A stretch of 64,000 nucleotides of DNA. It comes from Tubulanus polymorphus (Eukaryota; Animalia; Nemertea). The position numbers and the translations under genes were made by a program. Positions 52,754 to 64,000 of this stretch are shown in pieces; within the stretch, counting starts at the first letter, position 1; every line of letters begins with the position of its first letter. The stretch spans positions 19,475,910 through 19,539,909 of the forward strand of contig NC_134031.1 in assembly GCF_964204645.1 (NCBI RefSeq), read 5' to 3'. Below the pieces are notes generated by a model, which had not been told where the DNA came from, searched no databases, and saw only the letters and a program-made list of their open reading frames with translations.

Positions 52754-54524
52754 ATGGCCAGTGTAAAATCTAAGAAGAAACATCGCACTCGCGCTCAGAG
52801 ATACACGTCGAATGTATTCGCTATGTTCAATCAAGCTCAGATACAGGAATTTAAGGTAAGGCTTCACGGGAATGAGACGGGGTGAGATCATAGCTTCCTG
52901 GAATCTATTGCCAATGAACCTCTCATTTTGCTACTGGTACTCTAAGAACAAACTGTAACGTTGGTATAGAGAGAATCCTACAATGATAATGTCGAAATAC
53001 AAAGTCCGAAAATGTTTTCTTTGAGCTAGTACTTTATTCGACGTTTCGACCAGGAATTACTGTATTCCATGAGCTAGTATAGTTTATTCGACGTTTTGAC
53101 TATATCCTAATAGTCATCTTCAGGAATACTGTATTCCTTGAGCTAGTATAGTTTATTCGACGTTTTGACTATATTCTAATAGTCATCTTCAGAAATATTA
53201 GAACGTACATGTAGTCGAAACGTTGAATAAATGTTGTTATTTTTGTGGGATTTTATTATCGTCACCACACGTATATAGTGTTTTATCAATGCTTAACTAA
53301 CGTGACGGGCATCGAAGATTCGCCAGCTCAGAAGCAACAAACTCTGCCACCTATCTGCGCTAACGAACTTAATCGGTACCTCTACGATCGGTTTTACGAT
53401 CGGATATTTTCACAAATCATCGTTGCTATCCTTACGATTATACGTAAAAGCTTTCGTACCACCAACGCCATTCTGCGCATGAAAATCCCCCAATCGCTAA
53501 ATTAAGATGTTTATATAGCAATGTTACGATTTTCTCTAAACGACGGCGTGTGTAGGAGTCTTTCAACATGATCGACCAGAATCGAGACGGTTTCATCGAC
53601 AAGGATGACCTCTTAGAAATGATGACGTCACTTGGCAAGAATCCGACAGATGAGTTTTTGGAGCGGATGATCAACGAAGCACCGGGTCCGCTGAATTTCA
53701 CCATGTTTCTGACGTTATTCGGCGAGAAGTTGAACGGCACCGACCCGGAGGATGTCATTCGTAACGCGTTCGCTTGTTTCGATCCGGAAGGAACCGGTAG
53801 GTTGTTATACAGTCGTTTTTTTCATGTACGTGGAACGAGAAGTTTGAAAATGAAGAGTTTGAAAAACTCTGAATGAAGTTTTCGTACCGCTTTCCTCATA
53901 TGGCTCTCTGGGTGTTGCGTTAATTGTTCATTATTTGTACTTACCCTCGCTGTCTCGTATTCACTGGATCTTATGACATGTCACTTTATTTTGTAAATAA
54001 CTAATGCACTACCATCCGGGTGAAGGGTTGGTCTAATACCGGCCACACACGGCACAACGATTGTTTCAACAAAAAAGAAAACACGATTTTCACAAAAGGT
54101 TTTTGCTACAACGTTTTACCCTCAAACAATAAAACGTTCAATGCACTGGCATAACAAGAAAAAAACATCGTAAACGTTTTTTCGCGAGGAAAAAAAAACG
54201 TTTTTTCCTTGCTGTGTGCGTTGGGCTTTAGGGTTCAGTTATTTTTCAAATCGAGTGACGCCAACGATAGGACCCAGTCTATAAAACCGAACTTAATTTC
54301 ACAAACGTAATCTTCTTTCAGGAACTATTTCGGAAGAATATCTTCGCGAGTTGATGACGACGATGGGAGACCGATGGTCGGACGATCAGGTTGACGAACT
54401 ATTCGGCGCCGCACCGATCACCAGGGGGCGTTTTGCGTACCTCGATTTTACGAGGACCCTTAAACACGGCACTAACGAGATAGACGCAGATGAGAACCGG
54501 GGACCAGTTACTTTACCGAAATAG
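52754..54524 (+). CDS. MYL12: Myosin regulatory light chain (non-muscle/smooth, sqh/MYL12/MYL9-like)
   Basis: Exons 52754-52855, 53556-53796, 54322-54524. [41 protein letters not shown]…[34 protein letters not shown]…TMGDR…LKHG. Confidence 0.95.
52990..53235 (-). mobile_element. Penelope-like pLTR remnant with tandem degenerate hammerhead motifs
   Basis: Two 69-nt-spaced copies of TATT(C/T)-CTGAAGA-T-GACTAT…ATAGTC-AAAA-CGTC-GAATA (53085-53128, 53154-53197), plus partial GAAACGT(C/T)GAATAAA copies on both strands; related fragment at ~31100-31170. Confidence 0.6.
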
Positions 54525-56719
54525 AATTGAATTGAAGATTAAAAATCTATTATGCATTACGCTAATCTGTCAGGTTCCCTGCATTCTATCAAATTGTGTA
54601 AACATCGATCCACAGTTTTCGGGTCGAATTTAGGCTGTAAGAATTTTACGCAACATGTTTAGCATTACAACTGAAAACTACTTCGCTGCTGACTGAAATA
54701 TAGAGGAAAATGTATGCTGTATGTTGTGTTCTTTCTTTGATCTACGCGTATAAAAGGATAGTTTATTAAAGTTGATTTTGTTTTCGACTTATTTACGACT
54801 TATTTGAATTTTTTATTTAACACCGATTCAATCGATCGATGATCACGTGGTAGGTCGTGTAGATCGACTCGGTTCGATGGAGTTATCGGTAATGTTACTG
54901 CAGCAAGCCGAATTCTGATGATAATTTCTCTGTGCCAATGACTGGTGCCGCATATGAACTCTTAAGACTAACCCGAGTTCAACTAGACGCGTCGTTAATT
55001 GCTTTATTTCTGCATTGGAAGACTGAAAATAGAGATCAAGGTCCACCCAGTCCTGGATGTGGTTGTCTCAAAGATTTTAGTGAATGTTTTTCATTATGTA
55101 CTAAAAACTATAAACAATGACGGATAAGGTTACACGTTATCGAAAAGAAATAAATCGAATCAATTACGCAATTCTGACGATCACACTTCTTTCTGTATAG
55201 CGCCAGTCATCGTTCCGGAATTCAAATTAACGGCTGCATTCATGACGAGCCAATGAAAGAAAAGCATTGTTTCGTTCGCTGATTGAATCTGATTCACCGA
55301 TTCGAATTCATTAACCAGATCATAAAGTTATTAGTGAAAATCTCCCGAATCAAAGGCGGAACAATGCTTCAATCGTTATTGCATTTACAACGGCTTGAAT
55401 TCCTTTGAGAATATGATACGAGGATTACGTTGGGTTTTACTCGAAAGAAGCTTACATCCGCGTCATCGAAGTAAAGGGCTCCTTCGCGATCAGATTCTCC
55501 TAAAGTTTCGACGCTCGTTTTATCATAGAGATTATGCACATGACGTCACAGCGCGCCATATCGGTATCGTATTCTCCGCCAAGCGCGAGCGGCTAATTGA
55601 AGTAATGCGGCCATTTGACGGCCAATATTACGCATATGAACAGTATATGTGACGTATCGGGCATAACCTCTAACCGTCAAATATCTTGGAACACTGCGGT
55701 GAGGGAAATTCAACATGTAAGTCTAGATGTAAAGTTTGTTCAGCGAATTCATTTGTCGAACATTTCGAATGGTATCGTGGGTAAGGTTAAAACCTATTAC
55801 ATGTAGATTTAAAAGAATAAATCGAAATTTATTGATCAAAAACTTACATCAAATGAGACGACGTTTCAGACTCTAGAGAAAATCATCGTCAAGTTGAAGA
55901 AGTGATTAAAAAAAAACATGGAGTGTATATGAGGGGATTGATTGAGTAACTTGTTATTAGGTAATTGTCGGTTTACATGAAATTGACGTAATATACCGGG
56001 GGCCAGTTGCTCAAAAGTTGGCTAGAGTTAACCAGTGGGTAGTTGGCATATGGCAACTTCATCGATTGTTACAATGGTATTTATTTATCCACCAACTTTT
56101 GAGCAACTTGCGCCCTGTATTGTAGTAGATTTATCGGATTTTATGCATCTATTTTACCAGCAGCGCAGCTATACCGACAGTTCGTGTTGACGTCATGAAC
56201 ATCAAAGATCAACCCTGCTGATACAACACTTACTATATTCATTAAAAGGCTGCGCTAGTTTTGCTTTTATGTCAGACCCCATCGGCGTAATAAGCTTACA
56301 GCTGCCCGCACAGTGTCGGCGATTTAAGTGCCGCTTAAATAGCCCCGAATATCGTCATCTGTAAATGGAATATTGCCGCCTGTGTATACGAACAGGCTGC
56401 TAGCAAACGAATCTCGTTAAACATCAAAACATTGCGCTAATAAACGGCTCCAGTTTTTTATGGCGTATTGATTCCCGGCGCAATGGGCTCCTTTTGGTCA
56501 CGTGGCGTGGCCACTACTAGTCGAAACGTCATTCATTCGTTTTTACTGGAAGGTCAAGGTCAGAAGCGCGCTGCAAATGTCGCTCATTCTATAACGAGTA
56601 TGAGCGATAAATCATAGTTTTCCCGGTTTGGTTGGCGGCGATCGTTTCCAATGGCCTCGAAACATGAATCCGAATTTATCTAAAAGGGGGCGTCGCGTTG
56701 TAACATACACCGGATGGCG

Positions 56720-56970
56720 CATCCACCCCGGATTCGAACCTGATAGCACGAACCCCTGCCACCCTGCGCGGAAACTTGCGGCACCAATCAGATTGCTCGT
56801 TGTATAATCGCTGAAGCAAATTTCACGGAAGAACTATAAATGGGAAAACCCAGGGTGTAATAAAACGGGATTTTTGATTGTATAGCTGCGCACTCGGTCT
56901 AGTGTGGCAGGGTCTCGTACCGTGGCGAATCTCGATGTCATCAGGTTCGAATCCCTGCCGGGGGACGATG
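56720..56970. mobile_element. Mutator-like MITE (perfect 9-bp TSD) with tRNA-box-containing TIRs
   Basis: CGGATGGCG|CATCC … CGATG|CGGATGGCG; internal sequence homologous to 51331-51658. Confidence 0.75.
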
Positions 56971-57083
56971 CGGATGGCGTTGATGTGCAACGCCTTCGTC
57001 GTTTCACTTGGAGGATAGCTTTCGATCTAGAATTTGGTCAATCCAACTACTACAACTCCAACCCCCTCCCGACCCCCCCCCCC

Positions 57084-57352
<269 letters not shown>

Positions 57353-57558
57353 TATGTGGATTATGTGTATATTGGTGCGGATGGTTGAAAGAGGTCTTCC
57401 ACTATCCGTACAGGAAATAATAGATAACATTGTCTCTTTAGAGTTATAAATTAACAGACTCCCTTTTGACTTGAACTCAATATAAGTACTGGTGGAGGAT
57501 TTTCATGTTACATGATTTACTTAAAAATTTATATATATATATATATGCTTCATTCCAG

Positions 57559-58930
57559 AGGAGATGACGCTGAACCAAGTTACTGGACAGCACATCTAGC
57601 CTCTCTGAATATAGAGGTGAAGCATCGAAGTGTCCTCGTTAAAAGATAAGATAATATACTATAACATAAGACAGAGGCTATACGTTCATATCTCGTAAAA
57701 TCATAATGAATCGTGAGTTTTTTTTCAGTCCTCGTTCGTGGATAAAGTAAAAGGTGCATTCTCTAGAATTTTCAAGAATAATCGAGAAGATTGGAAACAA
57801 TGGAATATCGAAATCGAGAAAGTAATAATCCACCCAAACTATGACCCTGAGTGTAGGTATTACTGCTACATATACAGTGGTTATTGGTTCAATGTGGTTT
57901 TACTCGCCATTGGCGCCATACCATCAAATGAAAGAAAATAATCATTTCATTTCAGTGATTGTGAACGATATTGCGTTGTTAAAGCTGAAAAAACCGGTGC
58001 CATCAGGACCGGAGTTTGAACGGATACAAAGGGTTCAATTGCCGATAAATGATGATATGAGTTTCCCACGCGATGGACAGGAATGTATCGCTACCGGATG
58101 GGGTTGTACCAAATACTATGGCAGTAAGGATAATTTCAAAGATCGTGATTTGAATTTGAAATCAATCTTAGAATTCATTCACCGTTTGATAGTTGATATA
58201 TGCGAATGAACGATAGCTTACATTTGAATAGGTTAATCATAAATCGCAAAATCAAGTTTTCTTCCAAATAACTTTCAGGAGTTGTGTCGTCAGATGTTCT
58301 TAGGGAAGTGGTGCTACCTATCGGCAGCCGTACGCAATGTTCTAGAAACTGGAGACAGGACTACGTACATGAGGCGATGATTTGTGCTGGACTGCACCGC
58401 GGCTGGGAGGGCACATGTCCGGTGAAGACGCTTTATATTACATAATACACGAACCCAGCCGACGCCCGGTTTCATGATTTCAGATTGAAATATCGAATTA
58501 GCAGGGGTGGATCTAGGATTGTTCGTACGGGTGGGGTCCAGGGAAGTTAGGGACTGTATGAAATGTTATTGTAAGGACGATGCAAGCTACGCATATGGCA
58601 TTGCCCTCATGGTCAACGACCGTGGAGGTGCTCGAGGGGTCCTTCAAATTTAGTGGGGAGGGAGGGGATCCAGGCCCTTTTGGACCCCTAAATCCGCCCC
58701 TGATTAGACACATTACCATCTCGAATCTCAGAGTGTTTCGTAACGCAGTTTAAACCCTCTCTTTTTAGGGCGACAGTGGTGGTCCGTTGATGTGTGAAAA
58801 ACCTGATAAATCCTGGGTTCAAGTTGGTATTACGTCATTTGGTCACTACCGCGCCTATAATTACCGTGACGTATTCACCAGAGTGTCAAGTTACGTCGAC
58901 TGGATTCAACAGACAATGAAAAAACTTTAA
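57559..58930 (+). pseudogene. 5'-truncated copy of the serine protease (exons 3-7 only)
   Basis: Lacks the signal-peptide exon and the IVKG…AAHC exon (catalytic His) upstream of the junction; has a 6-nt insertion (IFKNNRE vs IFNRE). Confidence 0.75.
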
Positions 58931-59383
58931 ATGAATATGACAATGCTAATAAAAGTTTAATTTATCATTTAAAATCAAAACTAGTTCGAGAGATGAGTCT
59001 TGCAAAAAGTTATACTTTCAGTAATTTTTCCAATTGTACAATACGATGTAGATGGAGATGGCGCCGACATCTTGCAAGTGTAACCAATCATTCTTAATCG
59101 TTGCACTATTGCAATAATTGTTATTGGATTCTTGTTTTGATTCTATTCAAACACATTTTGTTTTACACGTATTAAGCGTTCATGTAACCGTTAATTGATT
59201 GTTCTATCATGGAGATAATCATAATTCGTTGATGAAAGGAATTCTGTCGATATCAGAATTATACCTCCGTGAATCGGATCGAGCAACAGCTTTCTATTTG
59301 CTCATTAGTTGTTGTTATTCGACATAAAACAGCGTTTGGCCCTTCGAAAATTATTCTGGAGGAAGTCATCGTCTGATCAAGAT

Positions 59384-62300
59384 ATGGAGAAGGTGGGCTT
59401 TCTTACTACTTAAACTTCTACTTATTTCAGATTCAGAACATGAAATAGTCTTTGTTTGGCTCATATTCCAAGTGATTTACGGGTATTATGCAAAAGGACG
59501 GATTAGACATGATGTACTTTTTTGAAAAGTATTTGAAAGCTCTTTTATATTAATCAATTTTATTTCTTGAATACAGTTAAAACTCGGCTCATCTGGGTTA
59601 CGAAAATTTTACGGCAATTTTTTAGATTATTTTCACATAAAAATATTAATATTCAATTCTATAGCTAAGAGACATTGGTGGTTTACTGATGCTGACATAT
59701 TTGCTGAGTTACAGTAAGTATATTTTCGATCAACTACAAGGGAAATGATTCGCTTTATTATTGAAATTATGTTTCTATTTTATGAATAAATTCTCATTAC
59801 TTGTCTTATTTAAATCCAGCGCCGTATTGTCGTGGTGAATCGCCATGTTCAAGGTACAAGAGGGAGTATTTTCAAAACGCGGACGGCACCTACTTGGTTA
59901 AGTTTCAACATGACGGCAAAGAAAAAAGTACCTACGTTTACTGTAAAGATATGGGGACTAACAATCCTAAAGAATATTTGAATGTCCAACAAGAACAGAA
60001 TTATATTGAAGTAGGCTGCGATGCGCCATACAACTTTAAAGCTGATTGGAGTAAACTGCGCGTTCGGCTAGAGGTAGGCCATCACTAACTATCGTATTCT
60101 GATGTATACGACCAACCATGAATCAGAAATCAGAAAATTTATTTTCCGTCGTTTTCATTACAGAATCTTTCAGTAAAGCACTGCCAAAATTTTCGTTAGT
60201 TCTGGTTCTGTTTGCCTACAATAAAACTTATTGAATGCATCAGCATTATAGTCCAGTTTCCCACTTTGAGAATAACATTAATAACTCGTATCTGATTCAG
60301 TTTCGAAGTTGTCTCACCTCTGCTGCAATGTGCCGTAAATTTGTCTGTATCCATACCACATAATCTAAGATATTCTTTTATACATCGAGATACTCGTTTA
60401 AGAGTCCATGAATCAACCTATCTAAGAGTTTCTATTTATTCATTCATCAGTCCATACAAAAAGTAGAAGGATACTACACAGGTTTATAAGATAAAGAAAT
60501 GACACAAATATTACAAAGTTATAAATAGCCCCCCCCCCCCCTCCCAAAAAAAAACAGATAGCATAGTCGTACAATCAATACAAAAAGACAAAAGCAATTT
60601 ACCGAAAAGATTTACACTCTTATATCAGGCGTAAATATTATTTGATATCATCAATGTTACAGTCGTTTGATCCATATAATCTTAGGTTAAGGAAATCTCG
60701 ATATCGCGATGCAACTGCGTCAATTAATATATTTCCTTACAGAAAAAAATATGTAGTTATATATTAACTTATAGGACATGAAGATAGATGCGAAAGACGC
60801 TAGCTACAGGAAATCCAGCGGGGAATTGAAATACACGAAGAAAGACTACGCCTACGGCCTGGGCTGGGGTTGTAAAGGGCAAGGAATTACAGCTGGTACG
60901 TTCAACATGGATTTGACCGGCACAGGATTTGAATTCAAAGAGGTGGTACGTACATAAAAATGCAGCTTATTACTTGTATCAAAATGTTCTCTTGTGCAAA
61001 TATTCGTTTACAAATAATATCATAAAGTGGGATGTTTCTATGTATAGAGATGGCATCGTGGTGATGGCGGTTATCGCTCTACACACGCCAGAGAATTTTT
61101 CCCTAGGCGAGTCGCAAATAAACATTCCGGAGGTGGATTGAGCGGTGAAACAATTCGAGGATACGGAGGAGGAAAAATATCGGCTGGAATTTTTCCGGAC
61201 AGGTAGGCATCTACGGCGAGACGATTCTCGCGGCTCTTTTCTCTCTATTTTACGTCTTACCTCTGCGGGTTTGACTCTGTACTGTACTGATAATAAAGTC
61301 TTTGAGGACGAATCCCACTTTTTACTCGAGTGTCCCTCACTTCATCCTGCCAGAGTTTCCATTTTGTCCCCACTTGTATGTTTCACAGAGTTTGAGTCTT
61401 TTTGTGTTTATGATAAATTCTTATTTTTTGATGTCTTATAACAACGGAGATGAAATTGCCAGCCTTGTGTGTAACCTACATGTAGTTAACTCTTTATTTG
61501 CCCTCCGTTCAACACTTTGATTCTTTTATATTCTATTCACTTGATTGGATCGCCACCTAGTGTTTCCTTGCTGTTGTACTATATTTTGTTTTACATTTCA
61601 CATATTTTATTTGCAAATATTTTCTATTCCTATGTTATCCATTATCAATGTATGTCCACTTTTGTACTGTTTTTCCTGTGTTTTGATGTTTATATTTTAT
61701 TGCATGTCATTTCCTATGTAACTTGTATATTATATGGAGCAATAATAGAATTAAAGTACAAGTTCAAGTGTATATACGGTTATATTGTAGTGAAACGAAT
61801 GGACGATCCTTTATTCTCGTCCGATTCCACGATCAGTAGAAAGGTGAACTTGTGCGTATTTTGTAGAGAGACTATTAAAAAATGTGTGCTCTCTATCGGA
61901 AGCGATCCTTTGTCGAACGTCTCTTAAAATGCGAATCCAGACGAGGTTAATGCTATCTAAAGTATTTTTTTCGATGATCTGACGTGAATATTATTTATTT
62001 GATGTATGTCAAAGCTCGCGACTCGCAGGTCGGCCTTTTCGCTATAATATCCGAAGCTCACGACTCGCAGATCGGTCCTTGTCGGTTTCAGAACTTATTC
62101 AGCGTATCTCTAACTCCGACTCTAACCCTGTTCTGTTCTGATCTGAACTCCACTATCTCAAAAATGTTTATTAGATTATTATTAGAGTATTCAGAACTAT
62201 GATGATATTTATCATAATCATTATCATTATTACCATTATCATTATTATCATTATAATATTTGACCTTAGATGAGTTTTTTTAAAAAGGTATGCCATTGCT

Positions 62301-64000
62301 GTTTGAATATATCTTTCTCCAAAGTTGGTAATTACTAAATCAATAGTGTCTATATTCAAACCATCTCAAACTGCTTGGATATGTTATTATACTGATAAAG
62401 ATGTACATTTTGACATTGAAACTATAGTGCAAAATCATTATTTTTTAACAGTAAGTTCATTCCCATACAAATGATAGTCGATTATTCGTCGGTCACTAGC
62501 AATCCACCTCCGACGTCTTGTCTGAATTTGAAAAGAACTGGTAGCATAACCGACGGCGATTATAACATTCAGACAAATTCGGGAAAACTTATGAAGATCT
62601 ATTGTAAGTTTATGGACACGCCGGAAACAACTCCTCTTGAATATTTGACCTTGGAAAGCGGAGAAGCGAATAATTACGCAAAGTTCGCCGGCAATGCTGA
62701 TACTCAAAAAGTATTTAATGGTACAATTTCTTATTCCAAAGTTAGATATATTATCGAGGTATGTCCGTACTTTTCGTTAATTCGCCACCATTTAAGACGT
62801 TCTCGTGGTATAGTATGGTAATGTAATAAATGTGATAAACGAAACGTCTTTTTCAGGATGGAAGCATTGATGTGATGGATTTCAATTTTGCAAATTTCGA
62901 GGGTCAGAAACCAATGCCACTCGGATTTTTCCAAAGAGATGCCGCTGCTGATAGATACGACCATTTATTCAACATAGATCTGACTGGTACCGGTTTAGTA
63001 ATTGATCGATCTCAGGTAATTGTGTATTTCAAGTAATTAATGATTCAAGTAATTAGACAGTTATTACTGTCTGCTTTTTATGGCATTTTAACTTAGAAAT
63101 ACTGTTGTTCGCATTTAGAAAATAATTGATTATCTGTGGTTCCAGTGGTCTTATAGTGTTGTCTCGCGTACTTACACAGAGCGTGTGGAAAAACTATCAT
63201 TAGCAACATAGTTTAACTGGTTCCAACGTTTGGTTATCGCCTCCTATCGTTTTTTCTTTACTCGACCTCGATTGGGCGATCTAGTTACGTTCGTGATCTT
63301 TCAGAATATATGGCATACTTACTACTCTGCAACTTCGTGCGAGGGAAAATTGTTGTTTGAAAATTCGAATGCCGTTGTTAAGACAAAATCGTCGACCGAA
63401 TACAATAACGGATGTGCCCCAGATAATGGACGTATTCCTCTAATCGGTATATTTATATGAATATTTCCTTCCATATGTATTAAGAGCGAGAGAAATAGAA
63501 TGCATGTGCTTAAATAGCTACTGATAAGACACTGCCCTCGGCACTGATAAAAGGTCATGCAAGTACCTTATATGGACTGACCAGTGTTCTGTCGAAAATA
63601 TTGAAATAATTTGACAATTATAATAGTGATTAAAACATCCTTCCTCTGTATCACTGTAGACATATTCGATGACTGTGCGGCAAATCCTTGCGGTGTTAGC
63701 GGTCAATGCACTGATCAGATCAATGATTTCACATGTACCTCGTGTGATGCCGGATATCAAGTAGTTAACAGAAGATGCGTCGGTAAGTTTTCATCAACCC
63801 CGTTATTAGAATGTCAGAAATGATTGTAAACGTTTAAGAACTGCCACCAGATCAGGATTTGCTGATAGTAGTGTAGCCTGTAATGCCATATACAATTCAA
63901 ATCTTCATACTTATTCTGTCTATAGAAATCGATGAATGTGCTGCAAATCCTTGTGGTGGTCCAGAAGGAACTTGTGTAGCTGGTATCAATGATTACAGGT
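59384..64000 (+). CDS. Second copy of the GON-GON-EGF gene (3' end outside window)
   Basis: Same exons with intact frames; EGF1 exon (63660-63782) is followed directly by a GGPEG-type EGF exon at 63927. Confidence 0.8.

Larger units (their letters stand above)
57358..64000 (+). repeat. Near-identical duplicate of 39432-45872, continuing into sequence matching ~47714-47932
   Basis: Colinear match with offset ~17.93 kb, few intronic differences; runs off the window end. Confidence 0.95.

Overview
Intron-rich eukaryotic (animal) DNA, AT-rich with abundant CpG and short GT-AG introns. The gene set (eEFSec, Bari homeobox, GON-domain protein) suggests a non-vertebrate bilaterian, probably a marine spiralian; this is an inference. 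Manual splice reconstruction gives, in order: a probable secreted Cys-rich protein (-), C1orf50/DUF2452 (+), STPG3-like (-), FBXL6 (+), EEFSEC (+, with a 1-nt frameshift inside a ~30-Ala GCT tract), a 299-aa orphan (-), a Bari NKL homeobox gene (+), a Ly6/uPAR three-finger protein (+), an S1 serine protease with an unusual Gly189/Asp226 pocket (+), a secreted SP-GON-GON-(cbEGF)14-Cys-tail protein (+) and a myosin regulatory light chain (+). From 57358 to the end lies a near-identical second copy of the protease/GON segment (offset ~17.9 kb). The copies are almost identical in introns but differ by a cluster of amino-acid-changing substitutions in GON domain 1, a linker deletion and EGF exon number, making this the best candidate for an undescribed variable recognition system. 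Non-coding highlights: a Penelope-type inverted-repeat insertion with an intact minimal hammerhead ribozyme, further degenerate hammerheads, a 43-bp tandem array of duplicated 3' splice sites, and MITEs with tRNA-like Pol III boxes or 5-bp TSDs. No rRNA, CRISPR or intact transposase was seen. All coordinates were read by eye.
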